DNA from: Mobula hypostoma | Taxonomy: Eukaryota | Assembly (NCBI RefSeq): GCF_963921235.1 | Contig: NC_086097.1 | Location: 181,290,001-181,354,000 of the forward strand | Direction: 5' to 3' | DNA length: 64,000 bases | Part shown: positions 13,622 to 26,049 of the stretch, piece after piece | Position numbering within the stretch: the stretch's first letter is position 1 | Layout of the letters: each line of letters opens with the position of its first letter | The notes under the pieces: generated by a model | What the model saw: the letters and a program-made list of their open reading frames with translations, nothing else | The model's database searches: none | Told to the model about the DNA's origin: nothing | Translations under genes and position numbers: made by a program

Positions 13622-15867
13622 TTAGCGGAAGTTAGAGAAGTCGATGTTCATGCCATCAGGTTGGAGGCTACCGAGACGGAATATAAGGTGTTGTTCCTCC
13701 AACCTGAGTGTGGCTTCATCTTTACAGTAGAGGAGGCCGTGGATAGACATGTCAGAATGGGAATGGGATGTGGAATTAAAATGTGTGGCCACTGGGAGAT
13801 CCTGCTTTCTCTGGCGGACAGAGCGTAGATGTTCAGCAAAGCGGTCTCCCAGTCTGCGTCGGGTCTCACCAATATATAAAAGGCCACATCGGGAGCACCG
13901 GACGCAGTATATCACCCCAGTCGACTCACAGGTGAAGTGATGCCTCACCTGGAAGGACTGTTTGGGGCCCTGAATGGTGGTAAGGGAGGAAGTGTAAGGG
14001 CATGTGTAGCACTTGTTCCGCTTACACGGATAAGTGCCAGGAGGGAGATCAGTGGGGAGGGATGGGGGGGACGAATGGACAAGGGAGTTGTGTAGGGAGC
14101 GATCCCTGCGGAATGCAGAGAGAGGGGGGAGGGAAAGATGTGCTTAGTGGTGGGATCCCGTTGGAGGTGGCGGAAGTTACGGAGAATAATATGTTGGACC
14201 CGGAGGCTGGTGGGGTGGTAGGTGAGGACCAGGGGAACCCTATTCCTAGTGGGGTGGTGGGAGGATGGAGTGAGAGCAGATGTACGTGAAATGGAGGAGA
14301 TGCGTTTAAGAGCAGAGTTGATAGTGGAGGAAGGGAAGCCCCTTTCTTTAAAAAATGAAGACATCTCCCTCGTCCTAGAATGAAAAGCCTCATCCTGAGA
14401 GCAGATGCGGCGGAGACGGAGGAATTGCGAGAAGGGGATGGCGTTTTTGCAAGAGACAGGGTGAGAAGAGGAATAGTCCAGATAGCTGTGAGAGTCAGTA
14501 GGCTTATAGTAGATATCAGTGGATAAGCTGTCTCCAGAGACAGAGACAGAAAGATCTAGAAAGGGGAGGGAGGTGTCGGAAATAGACCAGGTAAACTTGA
14601 GGGCAGGGTGAAAGTTGGAGGCAAAGTTAATAAAGTCAACGAGTTCTGCATGCGTGCAGGAAGCAGCGCCAATGCAGTCGTCGATATAGCGAAGGAAAAG
14701 TGGGGGACAGATACCAGAATAGGCACGGAACTTAGATTGTTCCACAAACCCAACAAAAAGGCAGGCATAGCTAGGACCCATACGGGTGCCCATAGCTACG
14801 CCTTTAGTTTGGAGGAAATGGGAGGAGCAAAAGGAGAAATTATTAAGAGTAAGGACTAATTCCGCTAGACGGAGCAGAGTGGTGGTAGAGGGGAACTGAT
14901 TAGGTCTGGAATCCAAAAAGAAGCGTAGAGCTTTGAGACCTTCCTGATGGGGGATGGAAGTATATAAGGACTGGACATCCATGGTGAAAATAAAGCGGTG
15001 GGGGCCAGGGAACTTAAAATCATCGAAAAGTTTAAGAGCGTGAGAAGTGTCACGAACATAGGTCGGAAGGGATTGAACAAGGGCTGATAAAACAGTGTCG
15101 AGGTATGCAGAAACGAGTTCGGTGGGGCAGGAGCAAGCTGAGACAATAGGTCGGCCAGGACAGGCAGGTTTGTGGATCTTGGGTAGGAGGTAGAAACGGG
15201 AAGTGCGGGGTGTGGGAACTATAAGGTTGGTAGCAGTGGATGGGAGATCCCCTGAGCGGATAAAGTCGTTGATAGTGTGGGAGACAATGGCCTGGTGCTC
15301 CTTGGTGGGGTCACGATCGAGGGGTAAATAAGAGGAGGTATCCGCGAGTTGTCGCTGTGCCTCGGCAAGGTAGAGGTCAGTACGCCAGACTACAACAGCA
15401 CCCCCTTTATCAGCGGGTTTAATAATAAGATTAGGATTAGTGCGGAGGGAGTGGAGAGCAGAGCGTTCCGAAGGAGTGAGGTTGGAATGGGGACAAGGTG
15501 CGGTGAAGTCGAGACGGTTGATGTCTCGTCGGCAGTTAGCAATAAAGAGATCCAGAGCAGGCAGAAGACCAGAGCGGGGTGTCCATGAAGAAGAGGAGGG
15601 TTGAAGACGGGAGAAGGGGTCATCGGTGGGGGTGGAAGAGTCCTTGCCGAAGAAGTAGGCTCGGAGACGGAGACGGCGGAAGAAAAGTTCCGCATCGTGG
15701 CGAACACGGAACTCGCTGAGGTGTGGGCGAAGGGGGACAAAGGTGAGGCCCTTACTGAGGACAGAGTGTTCTGCCTCCGACAGTTGAAGGTCGGAGGGGA
15801 TGGTAAAGACCCGGCACGGATGAGAGCTGGGATCAGAGGGGGGAGGGGGGGAGGCTGGGGGTGTCAA
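13622..15867 (-). pseudogene. Penelope-like RT + GIY-YIG endonuclease polyprotein, 5'-truncated, one frameshift near 14124-14129
   Basis: IKPADKGGAVV, FYLLPKIHK, GRPIVS, MDVQSLYTSIP, GVAMGTRMGPSYA, RYIDD, DIYYKPTD in ORF 13945-15867; GVIYCVRC..CGLLYIGET in ORF 13622-13948. G6 run here versus G7 in the uninterrupted copy at 40417-40423. Confidence 0.93.
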
Positions 15868-16353
15868 TGGAGAGGGGAGGGTTGGGGTGAGAGGAAGATG
15901 GAGCCTCTGAGGGCCCAGGAGCTGACGGTGGGATCTGAGGAAGACGGGGCTGCGGAGTGGTGGTGGGGGAAGGGGAGACGGGAGTCACAACAGACCTTAT
16001 ATTCCGTCTGGGTAGCCTCCAACCTGATGGCATGAACATCGACTTCTCTAACTTCCGCTAAGGCCCCACCTCCCCCTCGTACCCCATCTGTTACTTATTT
16101 TTATACACACCTTCTTTCTCTCACTCTCCTTTTTCTCCCTCTGTCCCTCTGAATATACCTCTTGCCCATCCTCTGGGTCCCCGCCCCCCCCTTGTCTTTC
16201 TTCCCGGACCTCCTGTCCCCCTCTTGTATCCCCTTTTGCCTATCACCTGTCCAGCTCTTGGCTCTATCCCTCCCCCTCCTGTCTTCTCCTATTACTTTGG
16301 ATCTCCCCCTCCCCCTCCAACTTTCAAATCCCTTACTCACTCTTCCTTCAGTT

Positions 16354-16389
16354 AGTCCTGACGAAGGGTCTCGGCCTGAAACGTCGACT
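16354..16389 (+). ncRNA. Minimal type I hammerhead ribozyme motif
   Basis: AGTC/GACT stem I, CTGACGA core, AGG..CCT stem II, GAAA, palindromic ACGT stem III, GTC cleavage triplet. Confidence 0.8.
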
Positions 16390-16479
16390 GCACCTCTTCC
16401 TAGAGATGCTGCCTGGCCTGCTGCGTTCACCAGCAACTTTTATGTGTGGATTGAATTTGGCTTTCTTTTTGACTGACTA

Positions 16480-16830
16480 ACAGAAAAAGACTTCCATATC
16501 AAAGTGAAAACAAATCTCTACAAAGTGATCTAAATTAGTTATAAATATAAAAATAATTTATTGTTTAAGTATTCACCCCATTCAAGTCAGTATTTAGTAG
16601 ATACCCCTTTGGCAGCAATTACAACCTTGAATCTGTGCTGATAAGTCTCAGTTTTGCAAATCTGAACACTACAATTTTTCCTCATTCTTTACAAAACTGC
16701 TCAAGCTCTGTTGGATTGCATGGGGATTGTGAGTGAACAGCCCTTTCCCTTTTCAAGTCCAGCCACAATTCTTAATTGGATTGAGGCCTAGACTGTAACT
16801 TAAGCCACTGCAGGATATTAACATTAACTT
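16480..16830 (-). mobile_element. Tc1-like DNA transposon terminal fragment
   Basis: aagtattcacccc direct-repeat motif at ~16567 followed by ttggcagcaattaca...aaactgctcaagctctg...ttcaagtccagccaca, typical of vertebrate Tc1 ends. Confidence 0.65.
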
Positions 16831-16844
16831 TTTTTTAAATTGAC

Positions 16845-17290
16845 TTTATTTCTTACATCCTTCACATACATGAAGAGCAAAAATCTTTACGTTACGTCTC
16901 CATCTAATTGTGCAATGTGCAATTTATAGTTATTTGTAATAAATAGTAGTAAATACAACAGGACAGTCAATATAGCATAGAAATACAATTGTATCAGTGT
17001 GCATTAATCAGTCAGATGGTCTGGTGGAAGAACTATCCTGGAGCCTGTTGGTCTTGGCTTTAATGCTGCGGTACCATTTCCCAGATGGTAGCAGCTGGAA
17101 CAGTTTGTGGTTGGGGTGACTCAGGTCCCCAGTGATCCCTCGGGCCCTTTTTATGCACCTGTCTCTGTAAATGTTGTGAATAGTGGGAAGTTCACATCTA
17201 CAGATGTACTGGGCTGTCTGTACCACTCTCTGCAGAGTCTTGCGAATAAGGGAAGTAAAGTTCCCATATCAGGCAGTGATGCAGCTAGCC
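16845..17290 (-). mobile_element. Rex1/Babar-type LINE 3' end
   Basis: ORF 17008-17226: DLSHPNHKLFQLLPSGKWYRSIKAKTNRLQDS. Confidence 0.75.
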
Positions 17291-19539
17291 ATATGCCTTC
17301 TGGCAAACTAGCTGAAATTTCATGTGAGTTTCTTTCAACAGGAGGCCTTTTGGCCCTTGGAGCCCATGCCTCCTCTGCACAGGAACAATCCGGTTCACCA
17401 TGACCACACAATTTTGCAAATGCTAGAAATCCAGTGTAACACACACAAATGCTTGAGGAACTCGCCAGGTTAAGCTCCAAGTTCCCTTCCTTCACCTCTG
17501 TTGTGACAGCTCTCTCTGAGTTTAAAGCTTTCCCCAAACTTCCCACAAAACACTGGGGAGAAACTCAGCAAGTCCCGCAGCATCTATGGCGAAGAATAAA
17601 CAGTCAATGTTTCATATTGAGACCTGTCACCATGACTAGATTTCCAGCATCTGTAGAATCTCTCGTGTTTGTGCCCAGAACTTTCCTCTTTGTGTTTTCA
17701 ATCATCTGCCTTCATTCCTCTGCCTTGTCTTGGCTTCATTTCTTGTTTGATTACACTCCTGAAAGGTTTGCTACATTAAAAGCGCTATATAAATTAAAAT
17801 TGTGGTCTTATGGATCCTGTCTCTTTGTTTTGCTATTTCTTACTTTCTCGGTCTCTTCTGCTTACTGTCTTGTCTGGGAACTCTGATCGTTTTCTGTCTC
17901 CTTTACACATGTTTCATCTCAATGCTCAACCCTTCTGCTTATTCCCTCAGCTTCTCATTCTTTATTCCTGGTGTCATTTTCATTTCTCTCCATTTTCAGA
18001 TAGTGCATTGACAAATTGTGTGAGGCTAGTGTTCCAGTATTACAGAATAATACAGTACAGAAGCAGATTCTCCAGTCCAACTGATCTATGCTGACTACAG
18101 CATCCTCCCTGCTACTCCTAATTGAGCGTACTGACACCTCCATATTTTTCCCTTCCACGTACCTATCCAAGTGTCTAGAAAATGTTGCAATTGTATCTGC
18201 CTCGATCACTTCCCCGGAAACTCATTCCGGGTACAGTACTCACTACCTTTAGTTGAAGAAGTTGCCTCTCAGGTCCCTTTTAAATCTCTCCTCTCTTATC
18301 TTGTGTGAGAGGCTGGGTGCAGCACGGATAATTGTTTGGCTCCCCACCTCGTCCCCATTAATTTCACTGAGATGTATCCTGGGGTGTGAAATCAGAGTGA
18401 GAGTGTATGTGTGCTGAATTTGTTCACCTGATTAAGCTCAGGGCAGAGCCTTCATATTCACCCCTTTGCAGACAACTTCCTAAGTTCCAGCAGGGTGCCT
18501 TTGCAAGTTGCAGAGTTCTCATTAGCCTGGAGATAAGAAATGCTGGAATCTGACTGGAGCACCAGGGTCACTTCACAGAATGACTGTTTTTGACGTTTCT
18601 TGGCACTGACACCAGAAGTTTCCCAACAACTTTCTGGCGATTCGCAACAGGCAGATTCAGTTAGCCCCTTTAGAGCATTCCATTGTGAACAGATTATACT
18701 CTGTTAAGTGATTACTGATTTCTACCTTAACTCCTGTTGTTTTGAAATTTCCAATATCCTCAGGGTTCTGGGGAGAGAGTTCCAGATTCTTGCTCCCCTT
18801 TGTGAAGATGTTCCTCTCCATTTTGCTCCTGAATGGTGTACTGGGGTGCAGATGTGTATAGGGTATGCAGGATGGCAGTTTTCCTACAGACTAACAATTT
18901 GCTTTACGTACTCTGCATGTTGAACAGCATCTGTGGCAAGAAATGTCAACGTTGGAGTTGGACCATAAGACGTAGGAGCAGACTTGGCAATTCGGCCCGT
19001 TGATTCTGTTCCACTATTCCATCGTGGCTGACCTCAACCCCATTCTCCTCCCTCCTCCTCATAATCTTTGATGCCCTAAACCCTGTATGTAGCCCTCACA
19101 AAATGTCAACAATTCCTTGCCTCCCATGGATGCTGCTCAACCTGCTGAGTTCCTCCAGCAGATTGTTTGTTGCTCCAGGTTTCAGCATCTACAGTCTCTT
19201 GTTTTTCTGGCAAATTTCCTTTCCTGAGATTCTCCAACTTCTACTGTGGGGTTGGAATTTGTATCTGTGGATGCTAGCAACACATTTTTCCAACATAAAA
19301 ACAGGTAGATGCTCAGTTGGCCAGGGAGCATCTGTGGAGAGGGAGAGACAGAGGTGATGTCTCAACGTCAATAACCTTCTTCCAGACTGGGAAACATTAG
19401 AAGTGAAGCATGTATTCAGTTACAGAGAAGGTGGAAGTGGAGGAAGAGTGAAGTGAAATAATTTGTGTTAGGGCAGAGATCATGAAAGACTAAACGTCAA
19501 CAGCTGATGCCATTTCATTGGCTCTCTGCTAAGCTCTGG

Positions 19540-20730
19540 AACATCTGGACAGAAAAGATACATACATCAGGATATTCTTTTCATTGACCACAGCTCAGCA
19601 TTTAACACTATCATCCCTCTAATCAATAAGCTCAAAGACCTAGGCCTTGATACCTCCTTGTATACCTGGATCTTCAATTTCCTCACTTGTAGACCCCAGT
19701 CATTACGGATTAGAGAGAAAATTCTCAACAATCACCAACGCAGGTGCACCACAAGGTTGTGTGCTAAGCCTCTGCTCTACTTTCTTTATACTTATGACTG
19801 TAAGGTGAACTACAGCTCCAATCTCATATTTAAGTTTGCTGATGACACCACTATTATCAGCCGATTAAAAGGTGGTGATGAATCTTCATAGAGGAGGGAG
19901 ATTGAAAATCTGGTTGAGTGTACCACAACAACAACCCTTCACCCAACGTCAGAAAAACCAAAGTGCTGGTTATAGATCACTGGAGAAAAAAAATTGAGAG
20001 TCCATGAGTCATTACTTGGGGATCAGAGGTAGAGAGGGTCAGTAACTTTAAATTCCCAGGCTGTTATCAGAGGAAGTGTCCTAGAACCAGCATGTAAATT
20101 TCATTTTAAAGAAAGCATGGCAACGCCTCTACTTAAAAGTTTGTGCAGATTTGGCACGTCATCTGAAATTCTGACAAACTTCTAAAGATGCACAGTGAAG
20201 TGTTATCCTGACTGGTTGCATCACAATCTGATATGGAAACACCAGTGTCCAAGAATGCAAAAGCCTGCAAAAAATGGTGGATACAGCCCAGTTAATAGGA
20301 AAGCCTCTCCTGACCATTGAGCACATCTACAAAGAGCGCACTGTCCATCATCAAGAACCCCCATCCAGGCTATGCTGCTACCATCAGGAAGATGGTTTTG
20401 CAGCATTAGGTCCCATACCATCAGGTTCAGGATCAGTTTTTACCCATCATCCATCAGGATCCTGAACTAGCATGGACATCTTCATTCACCGCAACACTAA
20501 TCATTGAACACCGACCTTTGGACTCGCTTGCATGCTTGATTGATTTGTTTATCTGTCTGTATATTTATTTATTGTTACCACTTGTTCTTTTTGTGTTTGT
20601 ACAATTTTGTCAGTCTTTGTGTGTAGGTTTTTCTTTGATTCTATTGTACTTTGTTCTGTGAATGCCTGCAAGAAAATGAATATTTCGTGACATATATGCA
20701 CTTTGATAATAAAGTGAACTTTGAAATGAT
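19540..20730 (+). mobile_element. Rex1/Babar-type LINE RT + 3' end, decayed
   Basis: [31 protein letters not shown] motifs (ORF 19658-19891); tail ctttgataataaagtgaactttgaa. Confidence 0.8.
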
Positions 20731-20844
20731 GAAAGTGATGGTGCTGCTGAGAGGGTGATGAATGCTTGTTAATCACAATTGATCTGTAGTAAATGTAGTG
20801 AAAATGGAAAAGACAGAAGATTGCTGGAACATTGTCAAATCCCT

Positions 20845-21340
20845 TTGGAAATCTGTACTTGGAGTATTATGTACATTTTTGTTAACCCTGTTGTATGAAA
20901 AATATTATTAAATCAGAAAGAATGCAGAGAAGTTTGTTGCCTGGATTCAGAAACCTGAGTTATAAGGAGAGGATGCCTGGACTAAGTCTTTATCCCCTGG
21001 AATGTAGGGAGATTGAGAGGTGACCTGATAAAGGTATATAAGATCATGAGAAGCATAGGGAAGGTGAAAACATGTGTCTTTCTCCCCCAGGGAGGGGATG
21101 GTAAAAGCAAGAGGGGGAATAGTTTAATATCAGAGGTAAAAGATTTAAAAGGGACATCAGGACAGGTTCTTGGTATTTGGAATTAGCTGCGAGAAATAGC
21201 ACCTCAGCAATATTTAAAAACCATCTAGATCAGTATATGGATAGGAAAGGTTTAGAGTGCTATAGGCCAAATATGGGATGATAGAACTAGCTTGGCGGTG
21301 ATGAGTTGGGTTGAAGAGCTTATTTCCCTTTGTATGACTC
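20845..21340 (+). mobile_element. Old CR1 3' fragment
   Basis: gtacttggagtattatgtaca, gagattgagaggtgacctgataaaggtatataag and 3'UTR-like end. Confidence 0.7.
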
Positions 21341-21738
21341 TATATCTGTCTGTTCTATCCACCTTCCACAAAGCTCATCAACTCTCAGGCAGCAGTGATC
21401 ACTACCCTCCTGTAAGATATAAACTAACTACATTAGAGCCTAAAAGTACTGAGAGATGGGATCAACTCAGCAGGTCAGGAAGCATCTGTAGAGAGGAATA
21501 AACAGCCAATGTTGCGGGCTGAGACACTTCATGAGAACTGATGAAACATGTCATCCCGAAATGTCAGCTGTTTATTTCTCTCCATAGATACTGCCTGACC
21601 TGCTGAGTTCCTCCAGCATTTTGTGTTTGTGTGTGTTGCTCTTGACATCAGAATCTACCTTGCACCTTATTGTCTGCCTGCACTGTACTTTCTCTGTAAT
21701 ATTTTTTTTGGTACTGTTATTGTTTTCCCTTGTACTAC

Positions 21739-22572
21739 TGTTACATAAACGGCAACAATGAATATCAATCGAGACGGTATATAAAAACAACCAAACATTT
21801 ATTAAACACGGATAAACGATAAGGGAAAAAAAATGAAAACTTTAACCAGAAGTTAAACGATATGCAGCCGTTCGAATGAATCGTCACTTGGCACTGGTTT
21901 CTTAAAGAGTTAAATGCGAAAACAGTTCTTAAAGCGATAAAGTCAGATATAGTTCTTAAAATGGTAAATTCGAAAGTTCAACAGATTTACACGTTCAATT
22001 GGGAGAGACTTCCCTGGAGAAGGATTTCTTCACAGACGCAACTTTCCTGCTGGTTCTGTCCACAGGATTCACGATGCCGAAAATAAACAGTTTAAAACAA
22101 CTGACCTTAAATTCTTTTAGAGAGAGAGCAAACCGTTGCATGAACTCCTTGCTCTTTTTGGCAAGAGTTATCTTCGATGCAGGTAGCTACTCCTCCAATG
22201 AAGACTCAGTAACGTCGATCCTTTGTTAAACTGCCAAATGATTCCTTCTACTGTTGGAATTGAGTAAATCAACACATCTAGCAAAAATTTCCAGTCCAAT
22301 AATATGGTATCTTGCAATAGAATGCAAAACCGTTTTAAAAATTAAACTGCGTCACAAAAACAAACACGCAACAGGAACGGAGATACAGAACGTTCTACCT
22401 GGAAATCTACAAACTAAAAACCAACTGCGTCACCTGGGTCGACCCTTATATAGTCATGGGGCACATGTCATCACGTGAACTCACATCAGTGGGAAAATCA
22501 CATCAGGTGACCTCCAAAAGACCATTACATCATTCTCACACAAAAAAAACAGATCTCCTTGAGCATGTAACA
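21739..22572 (-). mobile_element. Solo LTR (Gypsy/ERV-type), 834 bp
   Basis: Termini TGTTACAT...ATGTAACA (8-bp inverted repeat); 4-bp TSD CTAC (21735-21738, 22573-22576); minus-strand TATA (CTATATAAG, 22445-22453) and AATAAA (21798-21803). Confidence 0.82.
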
Positions 22573-24269
22573 CTACCTTAATGTATGGTTGTAATGAAAT
22601 AATTGGTATAGATGGCATGCAAAACGAGGCCTTTCACTGTACATCAGTACATGTGACAATGATAAGCCAATTTCCTACTGTGGTGGGCTTTCCTGCGTCC
22701 CATGTTCTCAATGTGACTTGATGTTGCAGGGATAGACTCGAACTGAGGACCTGTTTACTAAACGTGTCACCTCTCTGTAGCAAACTTATATAACAACACT
22801 CTTTTCCTTTGTCCCTGCTCTATATTTTTGCAACCTTACCAGATTCTGAACTGTGAGCAACTTCCTTTCGATTGCATGAGCTTTAATTTTACCTAACCAT
22901 TTTTAGTTTTACATATTATATACCTATTCACACAACTGTTGATAGCCCACCTGTTCCAGGTGTGGAAAGATAGCTTCCTGAAGGGATATAATTTGTATGT
23001 AATCTTTATACAGCAGCAATTTAATTGAAATGTAAAATAGAAACTGCATACTGTACCTATATAGCATAAACATGGAGGTATGGGATATGCTTAAGGGGAA
23101 GACATACCCTCGATCATGGTGACAACACTTAATGTTCTTGGTTACAGATTGAAAAGAAATAACCTTCTAAGGTTCTTCAACTTACAGTCTGAAAAATCTT
23201 CAAAGAATTTTCCACTGATCTGGATCTGAAGTAGAAGCTCCAGTTTCAGTAGTGCTTCAGAAATTTGATAGATTATGATACCAATCCTTAAAGGCTTGAG
23301 TTTGGATTGGGCCCAGAATGGGTATGATTCAAGTCTCTGATGTTGAAAATCCAGAAGAACTCTTTTTTTAAAGTTCAGTGGAAGCAAGTTCAGGGATACA
23401 CGGACAGTTAATCTGTTTTATTTAAGAAGTGATTTGGCAGTGGGACAAACATTAACTGGGATGCTCAGAAGATCTTCCATTTTTCAGATACCAAGATTCC
23501 AATTGCCCAAGAGGAGATAATCAGCTTGTGGTTCATTCTTATCCAAAAGGCCATCTTCCGTCAGCCCAGTGCCCTTTTGTCAGTGCATCCCTCACTTGGT
23601 GCTGCAGAGAGCTGTGTCTGCTCTGTACAGCCTGTGGTACATTGTAGGTGCTGCTGACTTGTGTGGTGGATGAATTGTCCTGGCGCCCAGTTTCTCATTG
23701 TCCTTGGGTTTGTTAATCTGCATTGACTAACTAAGGTACTGGTTTAAACCTCTCCTTGACCTTTCTCCCCACCCACCTCCTATCTTCATAACTCAGAGCA
23801 CCAAATCCCTGCTAGCTAAGTATGTAACCTCTAGCCTCATAATTTCCTAAGATTACTGACTTCTGAAACTTGGGTCACTTGGTGATCTGTGATTTATTAA
23901 TTTCTCCTATGCTAACTATGCCTTTATTCTGCCAGCCCAAATCTCTGGACCTCCTTTGCTGAATCTTGCCTCTTCTCTATCTGGCTTTCCTCCAGCTGGG
24001 CACACCTTCATGCCTACCCATCAACCAGATTCTTGGGTATCTGTCCCAATGCCCCATGATTTGGCTCAGCATGTTCCAACCACACTCCACCCACTTAAGC
24101 ATGCTTGGTTATGCTGAAGGCTCCATGTAAACAGAAGTTGTTATAATAACCAATTGATGAACAGTTTTCTGTTCTGTATCCAAATAGCATTTTTCTTTCA
24201 GGAACGGTGTGTGCAGAAAAAATGAATCGTTGAATCAGTGAACCACACAGGCAAGCTGCTGTGCATACA

Positions 24270-24485
24270 TTGGCCTTCATCAACCGTGGGATTCAGTTTA
24301 AGAGCCGAGAGGTAATTATACAGCTTTATAGGACCCTGATCAGACACCACTTGGAGTACTGTGCTTAGGAAAATAGAGGGCTATGGGTAACCCTAGGTAA
24401 TTTCTAAAGTAAGTACATGTTCGGCACAGCATTGTAGGTCGAAGGGCCTGTATTGTTCTGTAGATTTTTTATGTTTCTATGTTTT
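24270..24485 (+). mobile_element. CR1 fragment with internal deletion
   Basis: 24270-24366 matches 10105-10201 and joins directly to sequence matching the 10608-10725 3' tail. Confidence 0.8.
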
Positions 24486-25558
24486 ACTGTATGCTGATGT
24501 GACTGGTCAGTGAAGGGAACACCATTTGGGTCTCCTCTTGCCATGCATTATAGCTGGGACACCACAGGTCAAGCTGCATGCCTTTTTCTTAGAGTATGCA
24601 ATCTTGTTTAGACTGATTTTCAAGGGAGTGCTCCTCTGTCAGGCAGGGGGCAATACTGGAGCGGCACTTTCGGAGGGATGAGAATGAGTTAAAGCTGCGA
24701 GGTCAAATTAATCTTGATTTAACTAATAACTTTACCCAGAGCTTCTCAGCCTCAGATTTGAAATTAGGTAGGCACTTTGGATGGCATGATAACTTGAGCT
24801 AAATGGCCTGTTTCCATGCTGTATGACCACTAGTCTTAAAAGCCTTTTTTGGATGGTGATAAAGAGTGGAGTCTTCCAAATTTCCACTCCTTTGTGTGAA
24901 GAGCTGCTGCCTGACATCACTTCAATCAGCCCAGTTCTAATTTTAAGGATATGCTGCTTATTCTGGTTTTGACTGGCTTTATATTTATGTATTTCCTTAA
25001 CATATTGCTGACATATATCACAGATTCAGCTGTGAATTACTTCAGATAGATCCCCAATGACTTTGTAAACAACTCATTGAACACCTACAGATAACTGAGC
25101 TGGTTATCCTGATCTCCACTCCCCTTTGGTGAAGTACAGGCTGGCAGCAGTCCAACAGGTTCTTCCCAGGACCTGAGCTTCTTTTGATAAGACCGCTTTC
25201 TGAATGTCGGTTGTTGGGACCTAGCTGGCACAGATCAGATAATCTAATCCTTCCTGATTCTTTTTCTAACAGCAACATTCTGCTGGTTTCTATAATGATT
25301 TCCGTGGTTGTTCTTTCCATTGACAAAGCATTTGTTTCCTCACCCTGTCTGTGGCCTGGTACTGCTATTTACTTTGTGGTATTTGCGGTTCTATCATGTT
25401 GGAGGCTTTGTGCTTTGTGAGGTGTGCCCGATGATCTAAACTTGGAGATGGAGTTTATCTCCACTCCTCACTATCCAGTCATGCATACTTTTATATTTAA
25501 CAGCATGTTACAGGGCTGCGTGGGAAGAGTAGGGGTGGGTTGATGCTTTGCTCTAAAA

Positions 25559-25638
25559 CAGGGGTTCGCCACAATTTTTATGCCATGAACTGATACCATT
25601 GAGCAAGGGGTCCGTGGACTCCAGGTTGGAAACCTCTG
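25559..25638 (+). mobile_element. 80-bp hAT (Charlie-like) MITE
   Basis: caggggttc...gaaacctctg imperfect TIRs; 8-bp TSD ctctaaaa / gtctaaaa. Confidence 0.75.
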
Positions 25639-26049
25639 GTCTAAAATGTGCAATGATCTCCCTCTGTACTGCAGTTATAGAGCACTACAGCACAGAAACA
25701 GAGCCCTTGGTCCATCTATCATCTGCCGTATATGTGTACTGGACCAATGCCCGCCATACCTCTCTCCCCATACCACTCTCTCTCATTCTCAGCATTTCCA
25801 TCCACGAAAACCATAGAGTTGTACAATGTGGGGAAAAGAGTCTTCCACCTGTACGTGTCCTGACCAAGATAGCAATGCATGCTAATCCAGTTTCCCAGCA
25901 CTTGGCTCACATCTCTCTAAACTCTTGTAATTGATGTATCTGTCCGCATACTACTTAAATCTATGTAATGTACCTACCTCAGCTCCTTCAACTTTAACTT
26001 TAACTTCAAACTACCAAATGTGTCTTTCTTCACTTCTGGCTTCTGGTAT

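Larger units (their letters stand above)
13076..16448 (-). mobile_element. Penelope-like retroelement insertion 1 (minus-strand body 13191-15990, inverted 3' arm ~15991-16448, extra plus-strand GIY-YIG fragment 13081-13191)
   Basis: RT and GIY-YIG ORFs; 3' region repeated in inverted orientation; TSD gtggattgaat at 13065-13075 and 16446-16456. Confidence 0.95.

Noticed and set aside
24185..24256. Acceptor-like tttttctttcag followed by a possible GC donor
   Set aside because: Stop codons in all three frames; no support as a coding exon
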